Shown here: piece after piece, positions 19,493 to 20,828 of the stretch
How the letters are laid out: every line of letters starts with the position of its first letter
Numbering within the stretch: position 1 is the first letter of the stretch
From: a virus
Virus record (IMG/VR): IMGVR_UViG_3300029906_000004
Coordinates: 82,176-103,003 of that record
Direction: 5' to 3' (one strand)
Length of the DNA: 20,828 nt
The notes under the pieces: generated by a model
What the model was told of the DNA's origin: nothing
The model's database searches: none
Seen by the model: only the letters and a program-made list of their open reading frames with translations
Translations under genes and position numbers: made by a program

Positions 19493-20736
19493 TGGCTGCT
19501 TTACCTAATTCAAATATAAGTACTAGTCTTGTGGCAAATACGCTACAGACTAGTTCCCATGATGTCGGTACTCTGTGCACGCATAGTAATATTAACAAAT
19601 GGTCTAAGTACAAACCTGTTATATGGCCATATACAAACGTAGATAACCTACCACTTAACGTTCCTCGATACGCAGCCTCGGACGGAAGATGCGGTTTCAA
19701 GGCTATAAATCCTATGGGCTATTCTACATTAATATCTCATTATAAGAATCCTACAGATTGCTGGGAATACCAACCTCCTACGGGAGGGGCGAGTGCTCCT
19801 TATAGATTAGGTGATTTTAGAGGGTATGATCGTGATGCAGAACCATTTATTAGAAGTATTTATAGACAGGGAACTCAAATCTATGTATACAATTACAATC
19901 GTAACGGAGAGTATACTTTTGAATTTGAGAAAGGTGGGCATCAATCTACTAGTATACAGCCGACTGATTTTGAATATGCAGGATCTGTATCAGATATAGT
20001 AAACTGTAAGGTCTGCGCGCTGGTATATTAGGGCCAAGGCTTACCGTATGATATCAATACTGCTCCTGTTGGAATATACTACGGAGACGTAATTTCAGAA
20101 GCAGACAGACCGGCTGTTACTGTAAGTTTTAGTGCTGGCTATACGGGATACTACACAGTTGTATTTGCGCTTGATTATCAAACCGCGTCTCATACATACT
20201 TACCTTTACCAGACTATGACTCAGATCATTATTTTTAGGTTCAAGTTCTAATGACCAAAACCTAGCCTTATAGAGTAAACTTGAGTATACAGCAACTAGG
20301 TTTTACCGGTAGTTCCGTGTCTACTCCAATGTCTTCTATAACAGATTACGTATAGGGAAAGCATTTAGTAATGGAAGAAAGAGGACAATTATAGATGCAA
20401 GTAACTTTAACCGTATAGGATGACGCTGCAGAAAATTATGTTATATACGGTGCAAATCAGTTCTTATTCTTTATTAGAGATACTCTATCCTCTGTAAACA
20501 AGGGTTATGTTACCGCGGTTTAGATTACCGAGATTAATGGATCACCGTTTACTACATATACTGTACCTGTAGGTGGTACAGTTACTTTGACTCTTAACAG
20601 TTTATCTGGTTCTTGGTTAATTCCGTATAATCTGTAGGACGGAGAATATTACATCGGTTTTGATGATTCACGTTTTAGTACGAATCAAGACCCAATGATA
20701 TATTATAATATTTATATTGAAAATGCTAGTAATTAA
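19492..20736 (+). CDS. Putative tail-fibre-associated adhesin, 414 aa, TAG=Gln
   Basis: Track ORF 19492..20031 continues through 8 TAGs to TAA 20734-20736. The N-terminal DVGTLC...INKWSKYKPV...WEY.PP.GG...PYRLGDFRGY signature is one I associate with genes near tail fibres in Bacteroidota phages. The C-terminus is beta-rich. Function is inferred. Confidence 0.65.
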
Positions 20737-20751
20737 AGGAAACTTAATAGT

Positions 20752-20828
20752 GAGACAAGCTCGGAATATTAACCGAGACAAGCTCGGAATATTAACCGAG
20801 ACAAGCTCGGAATATTAACCGAGACAAG
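20752..20828. repeat. Perfect 23-bp tandem repeat, 3.3 copies, running off the window edge
   Basis: Unit GAGACAAGCTCGGAATATTAACC starts at 20752, 20775 and 20798, with a partial copy at 20821. Confidence 0.95.

Noticed and set aside
7680-19999. Other short track ORFs (7680-, 10039-, 10551-, 14889-, 18499-, 18908-, 19482- and off-frame 19811+)
   Set aside because: All overlap longer + strand genes that become continuous once TAG is read as Gln.
1-20736. Pseudogenised or decayed prophage interpretation
   Set aside because: Interruptions are exclusively TAG, with no frameshifts or internal TAA/TGA, and TAG aligns with CAA in internal repeats.
10603-20736. Diversity-generating retroelement targeting fibre or adhesin genes
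   Set aside because: No reverse transcriptase and no TR/VR pair differing at adenines was seen in this window. One elsewhere in the genome cannot be excluded.
20752-20828. CRISPR array
   Set aside because: The repeats are directly adjacent with no unique spacers, and no cas genes are present.

Overview
This is the structural and lysis gene block of a crAss-like phage (Crassvirales, most likely the TAG-recoding delta group, Suoliviridae; the family call is inference). The ORF track is fragmented because TAG is read as glutamine here. With TAG as sense, the + strand tiles almost completely into 20 genes, all ending in TAA or TGA and often joined by TAATG/ATGA overlaps. Gene order: zincin (HEXXH) protein (partial), acidic scaffold-like protein, major capsid protein (MCP), free-standing GIY-YIG homing endonuclease, conserved crAss 'gene 75'-like protein, three tail ring-like proteins, auxiliary capsid protein with terminator, two tail hub-like proteins, a short fibre, a 1470-aa tail fibre with an S74 chaperone, a 53-aa ORF, an M15-family peptidase (putative endolysin) split by a LAGLIDADG intein, a BACON+LamG protein, three accessory genes, a putative fibre-associated adhesin, and a 23-bp tandem repeat at the window edge. 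Most notable: (1) an intein sits inside the Zn-binding motif of the putative endolysin, which is also amber-dependent and coupled to an all-amber upstream ORF; (2) an unnamed ~80-100 aa domain is shared between a ring-protein insertion and the tail fibre N-terminus; (3) TAG use is non-random (absent from the two capsid proteins, near the 5' end of coupled genes); (4) the 3' end of MCP next to the homing endonuclease shows a codon shift; (5) a candidate two-state RNA structure lies upstream of the auxiliary capsid gene. All family assignments come from motif recognition and synteny, with no database searches.
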